A DNA stretch of 64,000 bases from Bacilli bacterium (lineage in GTDB: Bacteria; Bacillota_I; Bacilli_A; RF39; UBA660): the NCBI GenBank assembly GCA_017511945.1, contig JAFWHR010000001.1:16654-80653 (forward strand), given 5' to 3'. The translations under genes were made by a program, and so were the position numbers. The notes beneath the pieces are model-generated. The model worked only from the letters and a program-made list of their open reading frames with translations, searched no databases and was not told the origin of the DNA. The first letter of the stretch is position 1. Every line of letters begins with the position of its first letter. Positions 9,601-19,830 of this stretch are shown here, in pieces.

Positions 9601-11122
9601 TATTATTAAACTCTCCTAAGTTATATTTACTATGGGCCATTTTTATAAATGACACATCGAATTTAGCATTATGGGCAACCATGGGAAGATTTCCTGTCCA
9701 TTTTTTAAACTTCTTTACAGACGCTTCTTCATCTGGTTTTCCTTTAAGCATATCGTCTGTTATACTTGTAAGTTCTGTTATCTTTTTTGGAAGTTTTCTC
9801 TTTGGGTCTATAAGTTCATCAAATCTATCTATGATTTCACCATTGCATATTTTAACTGCTCCTATTTCTATGATTGAATCTGCACCGGCTGCATTGAATC
9901 CTGTGGTCTCTAAGTCAAATACTACATATGTCGTTTTAAGCAAATCTTCTTCTTTTGCTCTTAAAACTATGTCAACTGAATCGTCAATTAATGTAAGTTC
10001 TGTTCCATATAGTGCTTTAAATTTATCTTTTTCTTCTTTTCCTTTATTGTATTTGGTAACCATATTAAATACATGGGGAAAGGCTTGACATCCATTGTGA
10101 TCGGTTATGGCTATTGCTTTATGTCCGAATTTAATTGCTCTTTCAACTAGTTTAATCTCGTCGGCAACTCCATCCATCTGACTCATCTTAGTGTGGGCGT
10201 GAATTTCTACTCTCTTTTGTTTTGATTTGTCTTCTCTTTCGTCTTCTTTTACTTCGATTTCATTTATATCTCTCGCGTTAAGTACTATCTCATTATTTGA
10301 ATAAGCATCTGCTTTAGTATATCCTTTGATTAAATACCATTTACCTGGCTTTAATCTCTTTAGGTATTTACTGTAATCTTTTGAGTCTCTCGTAAACAGT
10401 TTACAGTAAATACTATCTGTCTTATCAGTTAGTTTAAGTGTGATTATTTTAAAATCACTTTTGCTGGATTCAAATGAATCTACTCCAAATATTTTTGCTT
10501 TTATTGTGACATTATCCATCTCATATGTTATGTTGCTTATATTTGTTATTTCTGTTTTTATTTCGCCTCCTAATATTATTGGACTTTCTTTTACAGGTGA
10601 TGATTTAACAATTTTTGTCTTTTCTATCTCTTTTATTATTTCTTCTGACTTTTCTTTATTAATTGTCGTGATTATGTTTATGTCAAGTCCTGCATTTTTT
10701 AATTTTTCTTCTAATTTGTTTTTTATACTTCCTATCTTCATCTGTTCTGCTTTATTTGCTATTTCGATATTTAAATAATTATCTTCTAATGTAACTTTAC
10801 TTTCGATAAATTCTCTAAGTAAGGGGGCTTGTTTACTGAACTTTTTCATATAGTATTTATAGTATTCTAAAACGTCATTTAACTCATATTTTTTTACAGT
10901 AAAAAAAGGGGTTACTGTATAGTTTGAATATTTATTTTTTAACAGACTTCTAAATTCTATGTAAATATCTGGTGGAAGTACATTTTTTAAATTAATATAA
11001 AAGGCATATTTATCTTTATTCTTGTTACATACTATCTTTTCCAATTTTCCGTCTTTAAAAAATGTATAGTCATCTTTTTTTAGTTTTATCTGTTTTAGTA
11101 ATAATTCTAATTTGTCTTGCAT
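6605..11122 (-). CDS. polC: DNA polymerase III alpha subunit, Gram-positive PolC type
   Basis: 1505 aa. PHP domain (EIHAHTKMSQMDGV). Inserted 3'-5' exonuclease domain (VVFDLETTGF...HNAKFDVSF...HRGDYDAEGT). Zn-finger CPNCKHSIF...CPKC and the polymerase core. Confidence 0.93.
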   Translation of the reverse strand: MQDKLELLLKQIKLKKDDYTFFKDGKLEKIVCNKNKDKYAFYINLKNVLPPDIYIEFRSLLKNKYSNYTVTPFFTVKKYELNDVLEYYKYYMKKFSKQAPLLREFIESKVTLEDNYLNIEIANKAEQMKIGSIKNKLEEKLKNAGLDINIITTINKEKSEEIIKEIEKTKIVKSSPVKESPIILGGEIKTEITNISNITYEMDNVTIKAKIFGVDSFESSKSDFKIITLKLTDKTDSIYCKLFTRDSKDYSKYLKRLKPGKWYLIKGYTKADAYSNNEIVLNARDINEIEVKEDEREDKSKQKRVEIHAHTKMSQMDGVADEIKLVERAIKFGHKAIAITDHNGCQAFPHVFNMVTKYNKGKEEKDKFKALYGTELTLIDDSVDIVLRAKEEDLLKTTYVVFDLETTGFNAAGADSIIEIGAVKICNGEIIDRFDELIDPKRKLPKKITELTSITDDMLKGKPDEEASVKKFKKWTGNLPMVAHNAKFDVSFIKMAHSKYNLGEFNNTVIDTLELSRTLDSGYSRHGLSALVKRYDVPWDETAHHRGDYDAEGTALVFHKMLKKLVSRNFKTIKDLDKLVSKDEIHKYGSSYHVNMIAKNKTGLKNMFKLISLSNTKYLYKTPRILRSEIEKHREGLLIGSGCYESEIFRLARSKSDEELSNLINFYDYVEVQPLDVYDHLIQMGDFANKAELINHIKKIIRVTKESGKIIVASGDVHQIEPEDKIYREIIVNQKVPGGGRHPLARKNITSIPNQYFRTTDEMLEDFSFLNEEEAREIVITNTNKIADMVDILEVIIDTGGIPFAPKIENCTETTLDLVYTKAEEIYGNPLPYNIEERLATELYGDEPFDAIKNQTKKDKLSNEEYEKIIYEKLHEAMIGGIDKVKEIIKKDLLDKGIEENIDKEVEDRLTGIIGAHFDVIYLISQKLVKKSNDDGYLVGSRGSVGSSLVATMMGITEVNALPPHYVCPNCKHSIFEIDGKPLGSDYGSGYDLPDKNCPKCETKMNKEGQDMPFATFLGFHADKVPDIDLNFSERNQAAAHEYTKVLFGVDNVYRAGTIGTVAEKTAFGFVKGYCEDKGIYMRTAEVERLAKGCEGVKRTTGQHPGGIVVIPGYMDVYDFTPYQYPADDVTSPWRTTHFDYHAIDQDVLKLDILGHSGPTKLRVVQDITGDDVTKIPLDDKETMGIFLSPKPLGVTKEEIMNDTGSLGIPEFGTPFTLQLVRETKPKTFAELVKISGLSHGTDVWNGNAKDLIDQEIVPFSDVIGCRDDIMVYLMYHGLKPIDAFKIMEFVRKGRASKDPALWQEYVKIMEENDIEKWFIDSCAKIKYMFPKAHAVAYVVNAFRLAYYKVHKPEVYYAAQFSVEYDDFDIDCMIKGYESVKARIIEIQEKGYDATNKESSILECLKVALEALARGYTFKPIDLYKSHYSDFVIDEDNHSLIPPFRSVDGLGITVAKNIVDEREKRNFISIEDLQKRAKISSTLIEKLRSMGVLDGMEESSQLSLF

Positions 11123-11165
11123 GTTATCACCTTTTTGTAGAAAAGAAAATGATTTTCATCACTTT

Positions 11166-13292
11166 CTATATTTTTGGAATTAAAACTTTCCTTTTTGATT
11201 TTCTTTTAACATCTGCTTTTATTATAGATAGGTATATTGCTCTATGAGGAATTGACACATCTTTAATTAATGCATAAACTCTTTGACCTAACTTTAGTTT
11301 ATACTTATCACTTTCTGTCGGAAGTGTTATGTCATTTAAATTTGCAATTCCTTTAATTCTATTATCCAATATGACATCTAATCCATATGGGGTAAAAGCA
11401 GTTATTTGTCCTCTATATTCATCTCCAATGTGGTTAATACTATACTCGGCCATTTTTAGTTCTAAGGTTTCTTTTTCCGCTTCATCAGCTTGCCTTTCCA
11501 TGAATGACGAGTGGGCACATATTTCTGGGAGAATCATGTTTATCGATTTTATTTTTTCTTCTGTATTTTCATTTTTATATTCGTCTATTAATCTGTGAAC
11601 TTCTAAATCAGGATATCTTCTGATTGGGGATGTAAAGTGTGTATAGTAATCTAAAGCAAGTCCATAATGACCTTCATTTTGATCTGAATATCTCGCTTTA
11701 CTCATACTTGTAAGTATGGCTACTGAGATGATTTCCTCTACTTCTGTAGACCTATATCTATTTAAAAAATCTTCTAAATCATTTGAAGTTAGTTTATTTT
11801 TTTCTATTTTGTTAATTAAATGGATGGCATCTGAACCACATAATCCTTCATTTAACAGATACCTTAAACTTCTGATTAATCTATCATTATTGGGATTTGC
11901 GTGAACTCTATAGACAAATGGAAGTTTTTGAGATGCATAGTGTTTTGTAACTGTCTCATTTGTCAAAATCATGAAGTTTTCTATAATCTTTTCAGCTATC
12001 TCTCCTTTGTTTAATTTAAAAATAGTATCTTCCTCTTCTATTACGGAAACTTCAGTTGACGTAAAGTCTATATTTCCTCTCTGATTTCTTTTGTTTTCTA
12101 ATATTTCTGATAGCAAATACATAAAAAGTAAATCTTCTGTAAATGGTTCATAGTCACTTATGAGATTATTATTCATTAAAAATTCATTTACATCTTCATA
12201 TGTCATCTTCTTTTTAGAGTTTATTATACTGTCAAATATTTTATAATCTACTACATTTCCATCATCATCTATTTCCATTTCTACTGTCTTTGTAAGTCTA
12301 TCTTCACCCTCATTTAACGAACATATTCCGTTAGATAAAGTATGCGGAAGCATAGGTATTACAGAATCTGCAAGATACGCAGATGTGCCTCTTTCTCTTG
12401 CTTCTTTATCTAAATAACTACCCTTTTTTACATAGTGGTTTACATCGGCTATGTGAACTGACAATATAAAGTTTCCTTTTGCATTTATATCTATGCTAAT
12501 AGCATCATCCATATCCTTTGTATGTGAACCATCTATTGTAAATATGTTCTTATCTCTAAGGTCTACTCTTCCAATCATTTCTTCTTCTGTAACGTGATTT
12601 GGTATTTGTCTTAACTCTTCTAAAGCTTCTTTTGAAAACTCTGTCATAAATCCATGGTTGGCTCCAATTGCTTTTACTTCTATATCTGGATCATCTTTAT
12701 GTCCAATTACCTCTTCAATTTGTCCTTCAAATAGAACTTTTTTATTTATAATGGCAACTGGATTATCACTTAAATTAACTAAAACTAAATTTCCTGAAAC
12801 TAGTCCTTTTAATGCTTCTTCACTACATTTTACTACAATATTTCCATATATGTCATATGGTTTTAATTGTTTTCCATCAAATTCGAATATTGCTTTTCCT
12901 TCTTTTCTCTCTAATATTTTTACTACTTTCGCACTTGTATAACCTGCATTTTCTGTTTTTTCAGGTTTTATAAGTACTGTATCTCCTTCAAGTGAGCCAT
13001 TTAAATCTTCTTCTTTTATGATGTACTTTACCATTGATGAAATATAGACCTTTCCATGACCTGTTTTTGATATATGAAGTACTCCTTTTACTAGATTTTT
13101 TTTATTTTCTAGTGATGTCTGATAGTAACCGTCTTCATCTAAAAATATCTTTTTTTCTTCCTCTAGTTTTTTTAATGTACTAAAAAAAGTAGCCTTTGCC
13201 TTTCCTCCTTTGATGTTTAAAATTCTTCGGAGCATGTTTGCAGTTAGCTTCTTTTTTTCTATATTTTGTAATATTTTATTTTCCATACCCAA
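11166..13292 (-). CDS. rnr: ribonuclease R
   Basis: 708 aa. N-terminal HTH and cold-shock region. RNB catalytic domain (FTIDGSHTKDMDDAISI, HYGLALDYYTHFTSPIRRYPDL). C-terminal S1 domain and a basic tail. Confidence 0.85.
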   Translation of the reverse strand: MGMENKILQNIEKKKLTANMLRRILNIKGGKAKATFFSTLKKLEEEKKIFLDEDGYYQTSLENKKNLVKGVLHISKTGHGKVYISSMVKYIIKEEDLNGSLEGDTVLIKPEKTENAGYTSAKVVKILERKEGKAIFEFDGKQLKPYDIYGNIVVKCSEEALKGLVSGNLVLVNLSDNPVAIINKKVLFEGQIEEVIGHKDDPDIEVKAIGANHGFMTEFSKEALEELRQIPNHVTEEEMIGRVDLRDKNIFTIDGSHTKDMDDAISIDINAKGNFILSVHIADVNHYVKKGSYLDKEARERGTSAYLADSVIPMLPHTLSNGICSLNEGEDRLTKTVEMEIDDDGNVVDYKIFDSIINSKKKMTYEDVNEFLMNNNLISDYEPFTEDLLFMYLLSEILENKRNQRGNIDFTSTEVSVIEEEDTIFKLNKGEIAEKIIENFMILTNETVTKHYASQKLPFVYRVHANPNNDRLIRSLRYLLNEGLCGSDAIHLINKIEKNKLTSNDLEDFLNRYRSTEVEEIISVAILTSMSKARYSDQNEGHYGLALDYYTHFTSPIRRYPDLEVHRLIDEYKNENTEEKIKSINMILPEICAHSSFMERQADEAEKETLELKMAEYSINHIGDEYRGQITAFTPYGLDVILDNRIKGIANLNDITLPTESDKYKLKLGQRVYALIKDVSIPHRAIYLSIIKADVKRKSKRKVLIPKI

Positions 13293-13360
13293 CCACCTTG
13301 ATTTAATTATAACTTATTTAAATCATTAATACAATAGGTGCGGAATAAAGTTTACACATT

Positions 13361-14071
13361 TTAGACAAATATAAATATGTACCTATCTCTATTTGTAAGA
13401 TCTTTTTCTATTTTTATATCTGTATATTTTATATACTCTTTTACAATTCGCTTTATTTTATCTCCTTGATTCATTCCTATTTCAAAGGCTATTATACCTG
13501 GTGTTTTTATATTGTTATTGACTCTTTTTAGTATTTTTTCATAGAATTCTAAGCCTTCATTTTTAGCAAATAAGGCAATATTTGGTTCATTTTCTTTAAC
13601 TATTTTTTCTACCTTTTCATCATATGATATATAAGGTGGATTACTGATAATTAAATCGTACTTTCCCTTTACGTTTTCAAGCATATCACTTTGATAGAAG
13701 TTTATTTCTACATTATTTAGTTTTGCATTCTCTTTTGCAACGTTGAGCGCTTTTAAAGATATGTCAATTCCATCTACTTCACAGTTTAGTTTTGTTTTTA
13801 AACTGATACTTATCGCACCTGAACCTGTACCTAAATCGATTATTTTAATAGGCTCTTTTAAATACTTTTTAACATATTTAATTGTCTTTTCTACTAAATA
13901 TTCTGTCTCAAATCTGGGTATTAGAACATTTTCATCTACTTTTATGTTTATTCCATAGAAGTTTACACTTCCGACTATGTACTGTACAGGGATATTTTTT
14001 TTTAATTTTTTTAGTCCTTCATCAAACTTTTCTTTTGGTAGATATTTTTTTAAATACTCTTTATCTGTCAT
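13361..14071 (-). CDS. prmC: release factor glutamine N5-methyltransferase (short form)
   Basis: 236 aa. SAM-binding motif [13 protein letters not shown] and NPPY catalytic motif ([11 protein letters not shown]). Its end overlaps the prfA end by 4 nt, the classic prfA-prmC operon arrangement. Confidence 0.8.
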   Translation of the reverse strand: MTDKEYLKKYLPKEKFDEGLKKLKKNIPVQYIVGSVNFYGINIKVDENVLIPRFETEYLVEKTIKYVKKYLKEPIKIIDLGTGSGAISISLKTKLNCEVDGIDISLKALNVAKENAKLNNVEINFYQSDMLENVKGKYDLIISNPPYISYDEKVEKIVKENEPNIALFAKNEGLEFYEKILKRVNNNIKTPGIIAFEIGMNQGDKIKRIVKEYIKYTDIKIEKDLTNRDRYIFIFV

Positions 14072-15123
14072 GAGGCTTTTAATTTTCTATTTTGATCTTC
14101 GGTGATTAGGGCTGATATGATGTCTTCTAAATTTCCTTCCATAACTCTATCTAGGGCTTTAGTCGTATATCCTATTCGGTGATCGGTAACTCTATTTTGT
14201 GGATAGTTATATGTCCTAATCTTTTCTGATCTATCGCCAGAACCTATTTTATTTCTTCTCTCATTACCTAATTTTTCTTCTTGCTTTCTCACTTTATCTT
14301 CATATAGTCTACTTCTCAGTATCTGCATGGCTTTTTCTTTATTTTGAACTTGGCTTCTTTCATTTTGACAAGTTACTACTGTGTTAGTTGGAAGGTGGGT
14401 AATTCTTACTGCACTGTCGGTTGTATTAACTGATTGGCCTCCTGCTCCTGATGAGTGAAATACATCTATTTTTAGATCATTTGGATTAATTTCTACATCT
14501 ACCTCTTCGGCTTCTGGCATTACTAAAACTGTGGCAGTAGAGGTGTGAACTCTTCCTTGGGTTTCGGTTACTGGAACTCTTTGAACTCTATGGGCACCTG
14601 ATTCATATTTTAGCCGTGAATATACATTTTTTCCTTTAACCATGAATTCTACTAAAGGATATCCTCCTGAGTCACTGTGTTCATCTGATATTACATCTAT
14701 ATTCCATCCTTCTTTTTCTGCATATTTAGTATACATTCTGTATAAATCTCCAGCAAATATATTTGCTTCATCTCCGCCTGCTGCTCCTCTAATTTCTACT
14801 ATTACGTTTTTCCCATCATTAGGATCTTTTGGAAGTAACATTATTTCTATTTCTGACTCTAATTTTTCTTTTTCTTTTGAAAGATTTTCTAATTCTTCTT
14901 TGGCAAATTCACCTAACTCTGGATCTTTTACCATCTCTTTTGCCTGTTTTATGTCACTTTCTAGTTTTTTATATTTTTTGTACGCTTCATATGGTTCTTT
15001 GAGAGATGATGCTTCTTTTGTAAGTTTAAGCATTTCTTTTATATCATTTGAAATTTCAGGATTACTAAGTTTACTTTGCAAAGCCTCATATTTTTCTTCA
15101 ATTGTTTTTAGTCTCTCTATCAT
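14068..15123 (-). CDS. prfA: peptide chain release factor 1
   Basis: 351 aa. GGQ motif ([20 protein letters not shown]). The tripeptide motif region is the RF1 type. It lies upstream of prmC. Confidence 0.92.
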   Translation of the reverse strand: MIERLKTIEEKYEALQSKLSNPEISNDIKEMLKLTKEASSLKEPYEAYKKYKKLESDIKQAKEMVKDPELGEFAKEELENLSKEKEKLESEIEIMLLPKDPNDGKNVIVEIRGAAGGDEANIFAGDLYRMYTKYAEKEGWNIDVISDEHSDSGGYPLVEFMVKGKNVYSRLKYESGAHRVQRVPVTETQGRVHTSTATVLVMPEAEEVDVEINPNDLKIDVFHSSGAGGQSVNTTDSAVRITHLPTNTVVTCQNERSQVQNKEKAMQILRSRLYEDKVRKQEEKLGNERRNKIGSGDRSEKIRTYNYPQNRVTDHRIGYTTKALDRVMEGNLEDIISALITEDQNRKLKAS

Positions 15124-15189
15124 TTTGTAGTCATCCCTTTCGCTTTTTAATTATACTATAATTTGTTTTTTATTACAAATAAAGATGGG

Positions 15190-15648
15190 TTATTCCAACT
15201 CATCTTCATCAACTATTGTAAGTTCATCATCTTCTATTTCATCTATATCATCTAGGTCTGTATCTTCTACATTAGAATCATCATCCATCTCATGATACTC
15301 TTCTGGTGCCATGTCATCTAGTTCTTCTTCTAATTCCTCTTCAGTTTCGGTTAATTCTTCATCATCTTCTTCATCTATATTTATATTTCTCGAGTGGTGT
15401 GAACTTAAATCCCATGTCCCATTTTCTAACAAAATAAATGTTTTATCTGTGGTTAAATCCGTATAAAAATCCCCTATTTTATTTTCACATTCTTCTGATG
15501 ATAGTTCAAGAAGTTTACATATTTTTTTAAATATTTCTAAGGTGTTTAATTTCTTTCTAGACTCCATTATAATCTTTTTTGCGAGATCTATATACGAGTA
15601 TGATTCTAACTCTTCTTTTGTCATCTTATTTAATTTCATATTTTTCAC
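15190..15648 (-). CDS. rpoE: DNA-directed RNA polymerase delta subunit
   Basis: 152 aa. N-terminal HARE-HTH-like domain (EIFKKICKLLELSSEECENKIGDFYTDLTTDKTFILLENGTWDL, matching the FYTDL...W.L pattern of B. subtilis RpoE). Followed by a long Asp/Glu-rich acidic tail. Confidence 0.7.
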   Translation of the reverse strand: MKNMKLNKMTKEELESYSYIDLAKKIIMESRKKLNTLEIFKKICKLLELSSEECENKIGDFYTDLTTDKTFILLENGTWDLSSHHSRNINIDEEDDEELTETEEELEEELDDMAPEEYHEMDDDSNVEDTDLDDIDEIEDDELTIVDEDELE

Positions 15649-15685
15649 TCCTTAAGCAATTCTTTAACATTGTATCATATTATCT

Positions 15686-16048
15686 TTACCTGTCAATACT
15701 ATATTCTAAATTATATGTAAAAGTGTCAATTAAGTGTTCATCTATTATTAAGTCATATACTATTTTTATTTTATTTTCTTCTATTTTAATTGTTTTAGCA
15801 AGTGTTTTTATATCTACTGTTCCATATTTATTTTTTAATTTTCCTTCTAAAGGAATTCCTTCTTTTAATTTTATCTTTAATTCGTAATCTTTTTTTCTAT
15901 ATATTTCTACTATTTTATCTAGTTTTATCTTTGTTAGGACATATTTATCTATATAAGTGATTTGATTTTTACTTTTTATTGCTTTTCCCTCATATACATA
16001 GTTTTCACTTTTACTTTTTATATATACTTTTATTTTTATTTTACTCAA
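15686..16048 (-). CDS. small beta-rich protein, possibly DUF1934/YwiB-like
   Basis: 120 aa with alternating hydrophobic and Lys-rich strands. Weak resemblance only. Confidence 0.3.
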   Translation of the reverse strand: MSKIKIKVYIKSKSENYVYEGKAIKSKNQITYIDKYVLTKIKLDKIVEIYRKKDYELKIKLKEGIPLEGKLKNKYGTVDIKTLAKTIKIEENKIKIVYDLIIDEHLIDTFTYNLEYSIDR

Positions 16049-16146
16049 GTATAATCACTTCCGTTTAGAATTATACCATGTATTTATTTTTTTACTCATA
16101 TTTTTTTTATTTTTTCTAATAATAAATTTAGAAAGAGAGTGTTTAT

Positions 16147-18108
16147 ATGAGAAAAATTAAAAAAATTTTTATTATAATTATTATTTTTATTCTTATTTTA
16201 ATTGTCTCATATTCTGGGATTTATCTATATGCGAAGTCTACACCTAAACTCTCTATAAAGGGGGCGAATGGTTATTATTTATATGACAATAAAGGGAAAA
16301 TATATGAGGGAGGTTCTGAAGATTGGGCATCTTTTGATGATATATCATCTAATTTAATAAATGCGACTATTTCCTGCGAAGATAAAAATTTCTATTCTCA
16401 TAGGGGATTCGATATATTTAGAATTTTTAAAGCGCTTTTTATAAATGTCAAAAATAAAAGCAATTCTCAAGGGGCTTCAACTATTACTCAGCAGCTATCT
16501 AAAAATTTATTTTTGGACTTTGATAAAACTTGGTCTCGTAAGATTAAAGAGGCTTGGATCACTTTTAGACTTGAATCTCACTATAGTAAAGATAAGATTC
16601 TTGAGGGGTATTTAAACACTATAAATTATGGTGGGATATTCGGCATTCAAAATGCCTCTAAATATTATTTTGGCAAAAGTTCAAAGGATCTTTCTTTGGC
16701 TGAGGCCAGCATGCTTGCAGGTATTCCTAAAAATCCCAGTAAATACTCTCCACTACTCAATTTTAAAGAATCTAAAAAAAGACAAAAGTCTATTTTGAAT
16801 TCTATGGTTAAAAATGGCTACATTACTAAAAGTGAGGCTGATAATGCATATAATGAGGAGGTAGTGTTTGCTAAAGATGAAAATGATGAAAGTTTAAAAA
16901 TGATAATGTACTATCAAGATGCGGTAATGGATGAGTTATCTACTCTTCCATCTATTCCCTCTACTTTTTTAGAAACGGGTGGTCTTAAGATATACACTAA
17001 TTTAGATACTAGGGCTCAAAAAATACTGGAGTCATCAAGTGATAATATAGTTAACAAGGATATTGAACTATCTGGTGTAATAATGGATCCTAAAAGTGGT
17101 AAGGTCCTCTCTTTAACTGGTGGGAGGGATTATAATAAAAGTGAATTTAACAGGGCAATTAAAGCTAAAAGACAGATAGGCTCTACTATTAAACCATTTT
17201 TATATTATTCTGCTTTGGAAAATGGTTTTACTCCTTCTACTACTTTTACTTCTGAGAAAACTACTTTTAGTTTTTCTGGCGGGAAGACTTATAGTCCTAA
17301 AAACTATAATGATAAATATGCGAATGGTCCAATCAGTTTAGCTGCAGCCATTAGCTATTCTGACAATATATATGCGGTTAAAACTCATCTGTTTTTGGGG
17401 GAAGATGCGCTTAGTGATATTTTAAAGAGAGTTGGTATTAACGGAAACTTTTCTAATTTACCTTCGCTTGCTTTAGGTGCGGTCGATATGGACATGATGA
17501 GTATGATGGGTGCATACAGTTCTTTAGCTAATGAAGGATATAGAGTTAAGCCTTATTTTATAAGTAAAGTTACTGATATGGATGGAAATGTATTATATGA
17601 TTATAACTATACACCTGAAAGCATTTTAAATAAGAGTACTGTTTACATATTAAATGAACTTTTAACTACAACTTACTCTTCTGAATTTAAGGATTACAAT
17701 GTTCCGACTTGCCTTAGCATATTTCCTAAAATGACTCACAAATATGCGATTAAGAGTGGGACTACTAATACTGATAATTTGATATTTGGATATAATAAAG
17801 AGTTGTTAGTAGGTCTTTGGACTGGATATGATAATAATACTACTGTGGATAATAAAGATAGTTTAAATATTAAAAATATGTGGGTTGACATAATGGAGGA
17901 GTATTTAAAGGGTAAAACTGATGAGGAAACTTGGTATGAGATTCCAAATAATGTGGTAGGAGTTCCAATTGATCCTATAAGTGGACTTGCTTCTACTGAT
18001 GGAGGTAAATCTAAGATTTTATATTATATTAAGGGAACTGAACCTTCTGATAATAAAGCATCTTTAGATGATGTAATTCCAACTGTAAAAGAAATCACAG
18101 AGGATTAA
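16147..18108 (+). CDS. class A penicillin-binding protein (glycosyltransferase + transpeptidase)
   Basis: 653 aa. N-terminal TM helix. GT51 motifs (EDKNFYSHRGFD, GASTITQQLSKN). Transpeptidase SxxK (GSTIKPFLY), SxN and KTG-like motifs (KSGTT). Confidence 0.82.
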   Translation: MRKIKKIFIIIIIFILILIVSYSGIYLYAKSTPKLSIKGANGYYLYDNKGKIYEGGSEDWASFDDISSNLINATISCEDKNFYSHRGFDIFRIFKALFINVKNKSNSQGASTITQQLSKNLFLDFDKTWSRKIKEAWITFRLESHYSKDKILEGYLNTINYGGIFGIQNASKYYFGKSSKDLSLAEASMLAGIPKNPSKYSPLLNFKESKKRQKSILNSMVKNGYITKSEADNAYNEEVVFAKDENDESLKMIMYYQDAVMDELSTLPSIPSTFLETGGLKIYTNLDTRAQKILESSSDNIVNKDIELSGVIMDPKSGKVLSLTGGRDYNKSEFNRAIKAKRQIGSTIKPFLYYSALENGFTPSTTFTSEKTTFSFSGGKTYSPKNYNDKYANGPISLAAAISYSDNIYAVKTHLFLGEDALSDILKRVGINGNFSNLPSLALGAVDMDMMSMMGAYSSLANEGYRVKPYFISKVTDMDGNVLYDYNYTPESILNKSTVYILNELLTTTYSSEFKDYNVPTCLSIFPKMTHKYAIKSGTTNTDNLIFGYNKELLVGLWTGYDNNTTVDNKDSLNIKNMWVDIMEEYLKGKTDEETWYEIPNNVVGVPIDPISGLASTDGGKSKILYYIKGTEPSDNKASLDDVIPTVKEITED

Positions 18109-18127
18109 TCTGTGATTTTTTTATCTT
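18094..18127. terminator. rho-independent terminator after the PBP gene
   Basis: atcacag-aggattaat-ctgtgat followed by tttttta. It overlaps the PBP stop codon and lies between convergent genes. Confidence 0.55.
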
Positions 18128-18891
18128 CCCATTGAACTAGTTTCTGGAAGTGTAGATGCGCCATCTATAACTACTGTTTGACCTGTTATATAACTCGATC
18201 TATCTGATGCGAGAAAAGCTGTTAAATCTCCTAATTCTTCTATTTTTCCCATTCTCTTCATTGGAATAGCACTTTCTATTTCATTTATAACTCTATTTGG
18301 GTTATCTGGATCTGTAAGATGAGCCATCTTCTCTACCATAGGTGTTAGTATGTAACCTGGCATAATTGCATTTACTCTTATATTCTTTTCAACCAGTTCT
18401 GCAGCTAGTGATTTTGTAAAGCCTAAAATTGCGGCTTTTGTGGTTGCATAGGCTACTTCCCCTGGGTCTGCTACCATAGGTCCTGTTACACTCGATAAGT
18501 TAATGATAGATCCTTTTTTCATATGTGGTAAAACTGCTTTGGTTACATTCCAAGTCCCTTTGATATTTATATCGAAGTGAAAATCTCTCAGTTCATCATC
18601 CATATCTTCAAATGATTCTAGTTGACATACTCCTGCATTGTTTACAAGTATATCTATATTACCTAGTTTTTTGTGTATATCTTCTATTACTTTCTCTACT
18701 GCTTTTTTTTCTCTAATATCTACTTTATATCCGTAAACTTCTCCTTTTAAAGATTTTAGTGTCTTTTCTAACTCATCAGAGTAATCTAGAATTGCAACTT
18801 TTACTCCTTCTTTTAAAAATACTTTAACAATTCCAAGTCCATTTCCCATGGCTCCGCCTGTTACTACGGCTACTTTATTTTCTAAATTCAT
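18121..18891 (-). CDS. short-chain dehydrogenase/reductase (SDR) family oxidoreductase
   Basis: 256 aa. N-terminal TGGAMGNGLG Rossmann motif and NNAG. Catalytic YxxxK (YATTKAA). Confidence 0.8.
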   Translation of the reverse strand: MNLENKVAVVTGGAMGNGLGIVKVFLKEGVKVAILDYSDELEKTLKSLKGEVYGYKVDIREKKAVEKVIEDIHKKLGNIDILVNNAGVCQLESFEDMDDELRDFHFDINIKGTWNVTKAVLPHMKKGSIINLSSVTGPMVADPGEVAYATTKAAILGFTKSLAAELVEKNIRVNAIMPGYILTPMVEKMAHLTDPDNPNRVINEIESAIPMKRMGKIEELGDLTAFLASDRSSYITGQTVVIDGASTLPETSSMGR

Positions 18892-18893
18892 TT

Positions 18894-19460
18894 TTATTCC
18901 TCCATTATCTCTAATATATCCCCTGTTTTTAAATTAAATGCATTTCCATCATCTGTGTCTAGGTGTAGTTCAAATGAACTATTTTTATCTACTTTGAAAT
19001 ATACATTATCAAGTGTTCCACCTTTTTCACCTTTTATTCTTATTTTGACTTTTTTCTTATTTTCAAAGCCATATTTTTTTAACTCTTCTGGGGTTATATG
19101 TATGTGTCTGTTTGCTATTATGCAGCCTTTATCTAAGTGTACTTCTTTTTTTTCTGAAATTAGTGTTATAGGTGAAGAGCCTTCTAAATCACCTGACTTT
19201 CTTATAGGTGGATTTAATTTTAAATAATAACTATCTGTTTTGGATATTTCTACTTGATTATAATTTCTAAGTGGTCCTAGCACTCTTACTTTGTTCAGCT
19301 CTCTATCGCCATTTTTAATGGTTAAAAATTTGTTTGAGGCGAATTGTCCTGGCTGTTTTAAGTATTTAACCACTTCTAATGGTTCATTTCCAAATAATTC
19401 TTTATATATTTTTTTATCTAAATGAACATGTCTATTTGATACTCCTAGTGTAACTTTCAT
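18894..19460 (-). CDS. pduL: PduL-type phosphate propanoyl/acetyl-transferase
   Basis: 188 aa. Two PduL half-motifs (GVSNRHVHL and ANRHIHITPEE). Confidence 0.65.
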   Translation of the reverse strand: MKVTLGVSNRHVHLDKKIYKELFGNEPLEVVKYLKQPGQFASNKFLTIKNGDRELNKVRVLGPLRNYNQVEISKTDSYYLKLNPPIRKSGDLEGSSPITLISEKKEVHLDKGCIIANRHIHITPEELKKYGFENKKKVKIRIKGEKGGTLDNVYFKVDKNSSFELHLDTDDGNAFNLKTGDILEIMEE

Positions 19461-19557
19461 ATTTTCCTCTTTTCTAAGGTTTACCTGTAATATCTTTATT
19501 CTTTTCTGAAAGATAGCCTTAATCTATTATATTTTTAACTTATGTGCAACAGTTTTT

Positions 19558-19755
19558 TCATGGTGGATAGTTCTCTATATTATCCTTTATATATTCGTCT
19601 GCTGATGCAAATATCAAATCATTACTTGTAGTTGATACTACATCACTATTTTCTTTTAATCTATTTACTACAAGCGGAGTTATTATTACTGCTAGTAACC
19701 CTATTATAACTATCACTCCAAGTATTTCTGCTAATGTGAATGCTCTCTTATTCAT
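19558..19755 (-). CDS. prepilin-type N-terminal cleavage/methylation domain protein (pseudopilin)
   Basis: 65 aa. Class III signal (KRAFTLAEILGVIVIIGLLAVI) with Glu at +5 after the cleavage site. No adjacent pilus assembly genes. Confidence 0.6.
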   Translation of the reverse strand: MNKRAFTLAEILGVIVIIGLLAVIITPLVVNRLKENSDVVSTTSNDLIFASADEYIKDNIENYPP

Positions 19756-19830
19756 ATCATTACCAACCTTATCTTTAAGTAAAATTATATCATATTTTAA
19801 TTTATTAATAAATATATTTTTTAATGGAAG

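Noticed and set aside
9588-10088. Plus-strand ORFs inside polC, and similar ones at 8361-8594, 9671-9877 and 10440-10778
   Set aside because: They lie entirely antisense within a highly conserved gene. They are Ser/Phe/Ile-rich, as expected from AT-rich antisense frames, and have no start signals.
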